This document shows, piece after piece, positions 14,766-27,381 of a stretch of DNA of 64,000 nucleotides (position 1 is the stretch's first letter; each line of letters begins with the position of its first letter). A program made the translations under genes and the position numbers. This DNA is from Octopus vulgaris (taxonomy: Eukaryota). The stretch is taken from NCBI GenBank assembly GCA_951406725.2, contig OX597816.1:32426001-32490000 (forward strand), written 5' to 3'. The notes below the pieces were generated by a model. It had not been told where the DNA came from. It did no database searches and saw only the letters and a program-made list of their open reading frames with translations.

Positions 14766-16283
14766 CTTGCAGAAATACCGGCGCAGCCCGGGTTAAGGAG
14801 AATAATGAAATTTAGAAACACCGTCAAGATTACGCAGGTCTCAACTGATAGTTAGGTGAGGCACCAACTTTCTATATTAATAACTCTCCAACCCATGCCA
14901 GCATGGAACATAGACGTTAAGTGAAATGTTAAAAGATAGATAACAACACATATTTTTATGTAAATTAAATACGCATAATTCAAAAACACGCATTGCGTAG
15001 CTTATTTCTTAACGAATATCAGCAAGTGATTATAAACAATGAATGGCTGATTTTCACAGTTTCCTTTCACAGAGGTAGTAGAGAGCTAATCCAATGATAA
15101 ATCTGAGTGTGGAGCTTGAAAGTCTGCATGAATCCGGGCTCAGTTAAGCCTCTTGTTGCTTCAAACAATGTCATCTGTTAGGCTGCGTTGTATGGTCTAA
15201 TTTTGTTTTAGAAATGCTTGGAATATTTGTCCGTTAATGACAATAGTTTTTTTCAATGTTTTTGGAGGTTGAGGGATTGCAGGGAGGTTAACATTTCCAC
15301 CAGTGCAAGTATCTCTCCAGGCCACATCCTTGTTTGTCAATATATGCACTCAGCATAATAATGATGTATTGATCTTAATTGAAAGCTGCTTGATAGAAGT
15401 TGATTCACTGAGCCGTTGCAACTGCTCTTCGTTCTGCAATGGACATTCTATTCCTTGTCAGCCGTGTGTACTTCTGTTCATCACCTTGAGATGCTCTTGC
15501 TTTTGTACTGCACAGTCTTTTCGTTCTTGATATGCTTCCCGTTCTGCAGATGTCTCTCTTTTCCTGGACAGAAACATTCTTTTGACTGACCTTGACATTG
15601 TAGACAAATCTGAAACTTTCTTTCTAGGCATGTTTATATGTGTACAGAGAAATGCACAGGTTCAGAAGATAGTAAAGAATGAAAATAACTGGGTTACGGA
15701 AATTATATTTCTTAAACAACGGGCAGAATGTGAATAATAAAGTTTTACTGAAAATAAAGTATTTTACGGTTTGAAGCAAAGTTTGTCAGTTAACCAAAGA
15801 GCCAGTATCGAAGGAATCAGAAAACTACCATGAACAACAGAAAAACACAAAACTGTTGCAAAATAAATAAGGAAATTTGTGGAAATTAACTACGTGTACG
15901 GATTTAAGTGAAATTTTTGAAGTTAATTTCTGTAAGTAAATTACGTATTAAATTACTTTCATCAGTAATTGTGAACTTGTTTCTGTCAGTAATTTGTAGT
16001 TGAAGTTTCTAAATAGTGATTGAAAAGTTACAGTGAAAAAAATACCAATTAAACTTAAAATGAAAACAATAGCGTCTGAGAAATGAAAGTGAAAACAATA
16101 CAGATTCAGTGAGGAATAGCAATAGAGAGGGTGTGAGAGGTAGCTACTTAGACAACTAAGATAGATATAGATAGATAGATAAAATATAGACACATATATA
16201 TATAGAGAGAGATACATATAGAAATAGAGTTGGATAGAGGGATATACATGGAGAGATAGAGAGAGATGGATAGAAATCGACAA

Positions 16284-16347
<64 letters not shown>

Positions 16348-16730
16348 GTCAAAGACGCTAGAAAACCGGAAGTAGATATTTTAAAAATCTCTGAATGATG
16401 TTAATCTAATATAAAAGAAATATTTACATTTTTTTTATGATCAAACGATGTAAGGTAGACAATTATTTTCTGAAAGTTACTTCACAAAGACTTACCTGCC
16501 TTATCCATTTACCCAGGAACGGGTACTTTCTGCCCCCAGGGTGCCCGATACTCATTTAAGAGTCTAAAACCATCCCCGAAATATAAGAAATGTATTTTCT
16601 CAGTTTGTAGAAAACACGTTGCAAAATACGGCTGTTATAATATTTTACACACGCACACAAACACACACACACACACACACACACAAGCGCACACGCACAC
16701 ACACACATACACAACGGGATTTATATTGTA
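14766..16730 (-). mobile_element. Internally deleted (non-autonomous) Helitron retaining the Rep N-terminus
   Basis: Minus-strand peptides MPRKKVSDLSTMSRSVKRMFLSRKRETSAEREA (~15630), GNVNLPAIPQPPKTL..LL...SKHF*NKIRPYNA..QMT.F.AT and GFMQTFKLHTQIYHWISSLLP. A GC hairpin CCCGGGCTGCGCCGG lies near the 3' end (14766-14795). The 5' boundary is approximate. Confidence 0.75.
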
Positions 16731-17049
16731 GGTTTGCTGTTCTCGTACACATATTTCACATGAATTTTAAATGTCCACCTTTACAAATATTTTTCGGACG
16801 CTAACACTTATGTGCGCTCAGTGTCTCTCTATTTTTTTCTCTCTCTCACACGCACAAACACTTACTCTTTATCACAAACACTTATTGTATGTACTTGTTT
16901 ATGAGTGGAGGTCGCGCGCGCGCGAACGTGTGTGTACGTGATATCTGCCTCTTATGCACAGTGAATCATGCTGAAAGGAAATGTCTACGTTGATGGGTGT
17001 GCATCTTTCGTTTTCCAATAGGATTAATAATCTAACAGAATCTGCAGAC

Positions 17050-18185
17050 ATTATTGTATTGTTTTGTCAACGCCTCTTTTCAAACTGACGCCTGCTAAGG
17101 TCCAGGAACTGCAGAAAACGCGGAGCAATGGAATTGCTTCCGAAACAATTCATTTGGTATTTGTGTGCATTCTCGATCAATGGCTGCTCTTAAATCAGCG
17201 ACTGTTGCAGGTTGCATAGTATTCACTTTGAATTTTAGGTATTACCCCAAAAAGAATCTAGTCTTATGAGTCCTGGTGAACGCGAGGGGTATTCACCGAA
17301 ACGCATTTGTCCAATCCACCTGTTTGGCAAGAACTCATCAAAGAAAAATCTAACACCATCCATCTTGCTGAAAACTCCTCATCTTCAAAGTATTAATGCT
17401 TAATGCTTGGTCTGGCCTACAGTCGCAGTAAGTTAAAGTAATCGGAATCTGACACTTTAGCATCATAAATGAATGATCCAATTAATCCTCTTGATGGTAA
17501 GCCACACCACAATGTAATTTCTGGTACATGAACATGCATTTCCACCATAGCCTGCCGATTCTCACATCCCCAGTAGGTACAACTGTGCCGTTTATTTGAG
17601 GCATTTAATTTGAATGACTCCTCATCACTCCACACAAGCAATGTTGGAAAGTGTGCAACGTCTGTACATCGTACCAAGTACCACACGCAATACTGCACAC
17701 TTCTCCGCTATTTATAGCATGGTCTAATCTTGGAACGTAACGTTTCCATTAACAACGCTTCAAAATGCGTTGGACAGACAATTTTCAAATACTTGCCTCA
17801 AAACTCACTTGCCGTACAGATTTTCTTGGACTTTGGTGATACATTTCCAGTACTCCTTCTTGCAATGTGAAGGATGTTGATGTTCGTACTCTACCGGGAC
17901 GCTCCTTATAGGCATTATGAACAGTTCCATCGGTTTCAAACTTATCTCTAATTCGTGTGATGATAAGTTGCGTTAATGGTTCTGTTTGAGAATCGCCCCC
18001 TAAACTGTACTTGCACTTCAGCTGCGCGCTCATACTTGCAGTAGCATTTTAGAATGAATTTCATTTGTTCAAGGCATAGTCAGAATGCCATCAATAATTT
18101 CAATACGTATAATCTTGACAGAAAAACATCAGTTGTCATACGAGCTGCTAAATAGTGTATATCTTTTGGGGTTGTCCCCCATGTA
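17050..18185 (-). mobile_element. Tc1/mariner-superfamily (Tc3/DDxD-like) transposase relic
   Basis: IRDKFETDGTV...RPGRVRTSTS..SPRKSVRQ; [11 protein letters not shown]...RH.C.YW..EN...VWCG..SRGLIG; QQDG; YPSRSP.L..LDSFWG. Frameshifted. Confidence 0.8.
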
Positions 18186-18626
18186 TATATATACACACAT
18201 ACATACGTACATATATTTATATATAGATATATATATATATACCGGAGTAAACACATAAATGTGAAACAAGGTGGAAAAAAGAGTACTCAAATACCAGTGG
18301 TAGAGTAATATGCTTCATCGGACAGTTTTTGTTAGAATCGGACAGTTTTTGTTATATATATATATATCAGCGTAAAAATTTATGATGAAAGGAAAAGTCG
18401 TAACTGTTACAAATGTGAAAAATGAAGAAGTCATGTTTATATTTAATAGACCTAAAGCTGCACTTTACATAAATTGATCAATCATGTTTTATATTACTGT
18501 AAAATATATTGTGTGCAACCGGAGAAGAATTTGTTGGTTCTAATTATGAAGATAAAGACATTTTTTGAAACATAATTCAAATATTGGTTATCGGAGTATT
18601 TGAATGCCTAAGGTATAATCTTCCGT

Positions 18627-19052
<426 letters not shown>

Positions 19053-19244
19053 GTTAACATGAAAGTGTTAACTGTCACATATGTGAAAAATGAGGAAGTT
19101 ATGTATATATTTAATAGTCTTAAAGCTGCACCGTCCATAAATTGATTCATTGTGTTTTATATTCTTTTAAAAAATTGTGTTGTGTGCAACCTGAGAAGAA
19201 TATGTTGATTCTAATTATGAAGATTTTGACATTTTTGGAAATCA

Positions 19245-22200
19245 GAAAATACATTAGCAACTGGAAGGCCCTGGACAAGATGGAGTTCAAGGCAACTGGA
19301 TCAAATGAGTTGGTGAATGTCATTCAAGAATACCTGCGCACATCATACCTTGTTACATGCCAACCAAGCATGGTTGACATTGGATAGGACAGTGGTGTGC
19401 CTGAAAAAAAATTGAGAATGGTAATACGGTCGACAATTACCGGCCGTCATCCTGTTTTCCAATTATATGGAAGTTATTAACTGGGCTACTCGCACAGTCA
19501 ATATACGAACATCTGGAAAAAATGGAATCCTGACACATGAGCAGAAGGGTTGCAAGCGTAAGTGCAGGCGCCAAGGATCAACTCCTGATAGACAAAACTG
19601 TACTTTGAGACTGTATGAGGAGGAAAAGTAACTTCACCCTTTCATAGATCGACTATCGTAAGGCGTATGATATGACACACATTATCGGATGAGAGAGTGT
19701 ATGAAACTATTTGGTATTGCATCGAATGTCGAGTGATTGCTTGGAAAAAGTATAGCGAATTGGAGGACGAACCTGGCAGAAGTCATACAGAAGTCATATA
19801 GCAAGAAAAAGTGTGGTGTGTTAGTCGTGAGGAGAGGCAAAATCAAATGTATGGACCACCTAGCGATATCGTCAGGAGAGGTTATGAAGTGCATAGATGC
19901 GACAGGCTATAAGGGGCTGTAGATATTGGAACTAGATAAAGTGATAGAGCAAGAAATAACAGAAAAATTTAAGGTGCAGTTATTGCGCAGACTGACACTG
20001 ATCAGTAAATCGAACTTAAACGGACGGAATAAGGTTGAAGCTATCAACATTTGGGTGGTTTCACTCCTTAGATATGTAACAGGTGTAATCGTACGGACAG
20101 TAGACGAAATAAACAGCTTAGACAGAAAGACATGATGGGAACACAGCATTAGAGCAGAAAAAAACCATATATCATAGTATGTAAAAAATGCCACAGAGTC
20201 ACTATTAATGGAAAAAAGGTCAGGCCTGTGTAGAATGGATTATCGCAAAGATAAAGTACTGTACCACAAATTGAGAATGAATGAGACTGAAAATAGATAA
20301 AGAAAAGAATGCATGGACAATTTCATAGGGATGTTGAAGACAGAGAGAAAACAAAGTTGTCTATGGATGACTAAAATGATTTAAAATCGGAAATGGAGGA
20401 TCTAATCTGTGTTGCCCAAAAGCAAGCATTAAGAACGATTTACATCAAATACAGAAATAGACAACACACCAATATATGGTAAGTTCAGTATTTGTGGAAA
20501 GATTAGTGAAACCCTACGACTTATTACCAGACATTTAACACCAGTAGCTCAAGAAAAAAATATGAGACCTATCTATTAGACGTTTTGCAATTTATCTATT
20601 GGACGCTTTTCAACAAGTATGGACTTGAGTTGGCAAAAATGCGGTACGAAAATAAACCCGAAGGCATCTTCAAAAATCATAATGCAAAGATCATATGGGG
20701 TTTTATGATTCAGTGCGACCATGAGGCACAGAATAGGAAGCCAGGCAGTGTTAACTGAGAAAGAAAGCAAACGTCGCTTGATTATAGATATAACAGACCC
20801 AGCTCACAAAATGGTATAGGATGAGGATTAAAGAAAGTTTGATAAGTATGAGAGGGTAGCGTGGGAGTTTAACCAGTTGTGGTCGATGAAAAAGTTGGTG
20901 GTAGTGCCAATAAGACTGTGTAAAAAACAAATTCCCGATAGCTTCCCGTCTGGTGCCTTGAATATTTCATCTAATTACTAAGTGATATTACCTGCTAAAT
21001 TGAAAAACAACTTCAGTTTTTCTTTATCAAGTCTAGTTTTCTGACTAAACCTGATGGAGTATTTTATTCATACACAAGACATATAGTATGAACCAATAAA
21101 GAGATCGTAACAGAAAACAAAACGAATTCCAAATAAAATTTCAAAATTCAAAATGCACATTGTTGAAGATTTTTGGCATAAAATTTAAGGAATAATTTGC
21201 GCTTCTTGGTGCACCATGAATGTTGAGCAAAAGGAACATCTCGTTTTAAACACCAGCAATAGTCTGCCATTATCCCAGTATCCCAACATCCTTGGTACTG
21301 AGTTTGTATCTCCTTTATGTCCTGGTGGAATCGTTCGCCTTGTTCATCGCTAACATCTCCGATATTTTCAGGACAGCACTGAAGATGACTAAATATATAA
21401 TGCATTTTGATGCTCATATTCGCGCCAATATGACGAAAACTTGACATCAAGTTGGTAACAATGTCCCTATAGTATTCACTTTGTGTTTCACGAGGAAACT
21501 TTACAATACTTCTCCAAACGCTAGCCAAGCTGATGCTTCATTTTCGCTCATTACTTTCACAAAATGTGTGTCGTTCAAGAGCTTAGAGTTGTGTGGTCGA
21601 TCAAAAATATCTGCTTTAAGTTTTTCAATTTTCACGTCTGGAAATACACTGCATATATACTTGAGGCACTCCTCATTTGTATCAGGAGCCTTAACGAATT
21701 GCTCGATCATTGTTTGGTGTGCAAAGGGGGGAAAATGATATTTTCTGTCTCAACTAAATGTTCTTCTCATATATTTGCAGCTATACATGGAGCCAAATTT
21801 CTTCGAGTTGATCATTCCTTCTTAACATTGTGGCTCCTTTGGTCTTTACTATCCCACATAAAAAGAAAGCATGGGTATTTCCTATAACCAGATTGCTGTC
21901 ACATGAGAAATCCACCATATTTAAGCCAACGTAGATGCCTCATTTATGGTCGTGATAGAGTATATTCTTTAAAACTAAATTAGTTACTTCATATTTTTCC
22001 TTCAGAGTGGCCGAGTGGGACACAGCCATACACATTTCCGTTGTGCCACAATACATTACGTTTAGAGTTGTCTATGAAAAGATGCCATTATTCAATGCCA
22101 AGTTTATTAAGAAGCCCACTAACATCTCTGCAGTAAACCAGCCTTTCCTCTTTTGTGAAAAACGAAAGGATCTCTTCATGCCGACTCAGATAAACTGTTA

Positions 22201-23295
22201 TACGGACACCATTCTCTAGAAGGATCTTCTCTCTCAGTCAAGAAGCTACCAGTTCAGCAGCATTTTTTGGGAGGTTCAAGTCACGAACTTGATCATTCAA
22301 ATATACCTGGGTGAGTAGCTGAGGTAATGTCTCAACTGAAAACTCATGATCTCAAGTGTCTTCTTCAGGTGTAGAATTTTCTTTGTTTGAGTTTAAAGTT
22401 ATCCGAGGCAAGAATATTGAAAACACGAACAGGAAGCGCTTTCACTGAGTGGAACATGTCAAATAGCAGAGGCACGATTTGTATAGAAAAGAGTTTGTCG
22501 ATTTTCCGGTTAATACCCTCTTAAATTTAGGTTACAAAAATAGCAGTCATCCATGCGATTATAGGGCTCTCGCCATAGTATTGATATAGCAAACCTTGTC
22601 CCATTAATCCCGTGACGCAAATGTCCGTTGCATTGTTTGCAGACACTATGCGGTGCCCAATATTTATCTTGGTCTCCCAGCTTGACCCACAAATATGGCA
22701 TATATGATCTTTCAACAAAATCAGTGATGATTTTTTAGATTTTCAGGTAATGTATATTCCCCACAAAAACAACAAAATACATTTGGAGAATTAACGCAAA
22801 GCTTTCTTGAAGAGGACATCTTGCTCATTTTCTATTACTCAGTTCCCCACAACTTTAAAAAATATATAAAATAACTAAAAACTTAGAATTAGAATAAGGT
22901 GACGAACACTGCGTACTAAGCGTACACACATACATAGTGACTATAGGAACGTTCAATAAATTAAAAACTAGACCTGATAGGTCAAAAGCAAGGTTATATT
23001 TGGTTTCAGGAGACCGATTTTGTTTGGGAGTGATAACTGTTTCCTAAACACCAAAAAACTTATCGACCAGTGTAATTGTCGGAACACTGGTAATAGCGAG
23101 TAGAAATCTTGAGAAGTACATGAAACAAAAAGGGGCTGCAATAAGGGTAGAACATTTGCGGAAAAAAACACTGCTTGGAACCGCTTGAATACTCCGCATG
23201 CTCCTCGAAAAATAAGGCATGTTACCTTAGTTCACTGGTACAGGAGCAGCTGCCACCGTAGTACATCTCCAGCGCCAGAAGCTGTGTAAAGACCA
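19245..23295 (+). mobile_element. Degraded R4/Dong RLE LINE, split by a Chapaev3 insertion (LINE parts 19245-20913 and 23073-23295)
   Basis: Motifs ISNWKA, HEQKGCKR, KDQLLIDK, IDYRKAYD, KSNLNGRNKVEAINIW.V..LRY and AQKQALRT. The C-terminus VVVPI|IVGTL..SRNLEKY....LLGTA.ILR rejoins in frame across the insertion and is followed by an (AAT)-rich tail. Confidence 0.85.
20914..23072 (-). mobile_element. Chapaev3 (CMC superfamily) DNA transposon with decayed transposase (~22819-21148)
   Basis: MSSSRKLCVNSPNVFCCFCGEYI; KLGDQDKYWAPHSVCKQC; WREPYN..DDCYFC; MSIKMHY.FSHL..PEN.GDVSDEQGERFHQDI...YQG.WD..MADYCW. Ends are (G/C)ACTG..CAGTG with a 3-bp TAA TSD at 20911-20913 and 23073-23075. Confidence 0.9.
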
Positions 23296-23413
23296 TAAAT
23301 AATAATAGTAACAATAATACTAATAACAACAACAACAATAATTAAAATAATGAAAATAATAACAACAACGATAATAATAATAATAAAAATAATAATTATT
23401 ATTATTACTATTA

Positions 23414-23494
23414 GGTCACTGGTTGTAATCGAACTCGGAATCTTGGGGTTAGTAGCCCGTGCTCTTAACTACTACGCCACATGTCTGTGGGCAT
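23414..23494 (-). mobile_element. Short tRNA-derived SINE head running into an (AAT)n array
   Basis: Minus strand TGTGGCGTAGTAGTTAAGAGCACGGGCTACTAACCCCAAGATTCCGAGTTCGATT. A second copy lies at 57601-57640 (+). Confidence 0.7.
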
Positions 23495-23705
23495 ATGCTG
23501 TTATTGTTTACTTTTCTATTTTTCATATTTTCCTTTTTCTCTCTGTGTTCTCCATTTACTGTATCATATCACTCTGTAAATGAAAAGTCCCGTGTGCTAC
23601 ATTTAATGGCTTATCAATGTATACAGTACGTTTCTCAGCCCTAGGTGTCAGGATGACACTCGGCAAGAAATGTAAACAAGATTAAAAGAAGATGCTAATG
23701 AAAAG

Positions 23706-23784
<79 letters not shown>

Positions 23785-23792
23785 ATAATACT

Positions 23793-23829
<37 letters not shown>

Positions 23830-23862
23830 ATAATAATAATAATAATAATGAAATAATAATAA

Positions 23863-23893
<31 letters not shown>

Positions 23894-24038
23894 AAGAAGA
23901 AGAAGAAGAAGAAGAAGAAGAAGAAGAAGAAGAAGAAGAAGAAGAAGAAGAAGAAGAAGAGAAGAAGAAGAAGAAGAAGAAGAAGAAGAAGAAGAAGAAG
24001 AAGAAGAAGAAGAAGAAGAAGAAGAAGAAGAAGAAGAA
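23706..24038. repeat. Compound (ACT)n(AAT)n(AAG)n microsatellite
   Basis: Directly visible. Confidence 0.95.
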
Positions 24039-24054
24039 AAATGAGCCTCTGACA

Positions 24055-25500
24055 CATCTGGTAGTCGAATACAGTTTTAACATGATTAACTGGAGACTTA
24101 AAAGCTCCAACGCTTGGGAAGGCATGACAAGTAAATTACTAAGATCTGAGTACAAGTAACACCCAAATGCAGAAGTTGATCATCTGTACCTACCTCGAAG
24201 TAATGGTGGAAGGCGAATGATGCAGGTAGAATTGTGCTATAAGAAACTCAAAAATAGCAATGAACAGGTATTTATCTAGTACAGAAAAATGGATGCTGCG
24301 GCTTGTGAACACGCATGAAAGCAGCAAAAATTACATTCTATTGTCTAAGAAGCATCTTTGCAGGTGAACGTGACATTCTCTCTGAATTATATGAACAACC
24401 TGAAACCTCGTATCGAAACAAGCGAAACGGAATAAGCACACTGTATAAAGAACGTGCAGAAACATATTGAGTAGCATTGATAATATATATTGCGAAGGCG
24501 GTGAGCTGGTAGAAACGTTAGCACGCCGGGCGAAATTCGTAGCCGTATTTCGTATGTCGTTACGTTCCGAGTTCAAATTCCGCCGAGGTCGACTTTGCCT
24601 TTTATCCTTTCGGGGTCGATAAATTACGTGCCAGTTACGCACTGGGATCGATGTAGTCGACTTAATCCCTTTGTCTGTCCTTGTTTGTCCCCTCTGTGTT
24701 TAGCCCCTTGTGGGTAGTAAAGAAATATATATTGCGAAGCCGAAATGTTTATGCAGACGAAGGAACAACCCATCAGTAGCTGAGACGTTCAGGACTGAAA
24801 AACAGAGACTCAAGGTTTCATGTTGGCAGCACGAGATCAAGGCTTTCTTACTAAAATGTACCAGGCTAACGTTCTTTGTAGATTATGTGATACATTGGAC
24901 GAAATAATAGGCCATCTCGTCTCGGGATATCCTCTGCTGCCATTACACGAATATAAAAATCGTCACGATAGGATAAGTCAGTATTTACATTGGAAAATAA
25001 GTAAACTCTAAAAATCAACACTCCCGTGTACCTGGTATGGACATCATCTTGAGCCAGCCGTTAATTCTCAAAATGTCACAATCCTCTACAGAACGATACA
25101 GGCTGATCGACCAAACATATTCATTAAATAAATGAGAGAGAAAAATCTTGTAGAGTAATAGATGCAAGTGTTAACCGTGACAAAAATTGTATTTATAAAA
25201 GAATCTGACAAATTAAATGAATATAAAGACCTGGAAATTGAAATACGAAAGATGTAGCATCTGAAAGTGAGAACTGTTACTGTTATTGTGAGTGCCCTAG
25301 GCATAATAAAAAAAGGCGGTGATGTCAGAGACAGCAGGATACTATGCCTGGAGAATCACGTCTCAGAGACATCCAAAAGATTGTGCTGACAAGTACAGCA
25401 CACATCCTTAGAAAAACACTATCAATTTAAATGCTTGTGTTCTATTATTTGACGATACTTCGCTACTCCCCCTAGGACGGCGGGTGTGTATCGGCAAGAG
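24055..25500 (+). mobile_element. 3' part of an R4/Dong RLE LINE, interrupted by a SINE
   Basis: HPNAEVDHLYLPRSNGGR; LAARDQGFLTK..LCRLC....E.IGHLVSG.P.L...EYKNRHDRI..YLHW; ADRPNI; KESDKLNEYKDLEIEIRKM; VIVSALG; IQKIVLTSTAHILRKTLS. Confidence 0.85.
24498..24723 (+). mobile_element. tRNA-derived SINE with a Deu/Nin-like central domain and 16-bp TSD
   Basis: GCGGTGAGCTGGTAGAA..GAGTTCAAATTCC..GCCTTTTATCCTTTCGGGGTCGATAAA. TSD AATATATATTGCGAAG at 24482-24497 and 24724-24739. Confidence 0.9.
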
Positions 25501-25524
25501 ATTATAACAAAAAACAATCGCAAG

Positions 25525-25890
<366 letters not shown>

Positions 25891-27195
25891 AAAAAGGGGT
25901 AACAAAATAACAACCATAACACTTACAATATCACCAAATAGTTTGTTATAGCCTGACTCAAAGTTTAAACATTTTTTTAATTTCTAGAAACTCATCAGGA
26001 TTTACACTGAACCGAACTGAAGATAACACATATGCTTTTAAAATCTCATCCCTCATTCCTCATCCGCAATGGAGTTTTCCACGAAAAATGTTCTTGACAT
26101 CCTTATATTTCTGTGATATGAATTTTTTTTTATTTGCATACATCGAAATTGATAAACGATATTTTTGTGCTTTCCATAAGAAGCAATTAGTATATATATC
26201 TTTGTTAATTATTCTCATAGTATAGTATTGTGCTTCCTTAAACCCCGATTCCTTAAATACTAATGTTTGAATTATTTATATCACCAGATACAGTTGATGC
26301 ATGAATAAATTATAAATATATCATACGTGTGAACATTTACGTAAGAAGGAATGATAAATTGGATATAAATAATTGAGATCCATTTCTGAGCCGGTTTACG
26401 TGACACATTATTGTAGTAATGGGAAGAGCATCAAGAATTACTGTTTATACAATACAAATGATCTAATAAATCTATGCACACATCTACTTGAAATGACCGC
26501 TCTATTTCACTTATTTGCTCTTATTCTAGGTACTCATAATTAAAGAAAGGCGACCTAAATAGAGGATCAGTAAATTACATGGCTTTAGTTACTCCTTGAA
26601 AAATTCCAAAAATTCCGCTTCCACCTGATTATGTCTACATTGTTTTAATCAGAAATATAAGCTGCACAGACAATCACTCGTGGAGAAATTAGTGCAATAA
26701 TTTGTCGAGCGTAAACCTGTATTGTATAACTGAATTCATATTTTACATGATCGCAATTGACAAATAAATCTTGTTTTCATTACATTATGTAAAAGCCATT
26801 GATTTCTCGTTCTTTTCATTTTTTAGCCATCATCATAGTCATAAAAAAAGAATTTTCAAGCCATATTTTTGTTACAGAAAGAAATCTGAAAGACAATCGG
26901 TATTGATTTTTGAATGGAGTCTAAAAATTTATTGAACAGCCAGTATTACTTTTCTTATCGCTAAGGTTCGAACATTAGTTGAGAGTAGGGAAATCTTTGA
27001 AGGGATTTTTTTTTTGTTCATGTTTTATGTTTTCAATCATCAAAGGAATTTATGCCACCAACTTATTTACAGGTCAGTGTTATCGGCATTTTGGAGGATG
27101 ACTAAACAAGTATTCATTCTGTCCCACTTCTCTCTGTTCTCTCGCCATGTTTTCTATCCATCCCTCTCTCTCACATGCTCATTTGTATGTATGTT

Positions 27196-27381
<186 letters not shown>

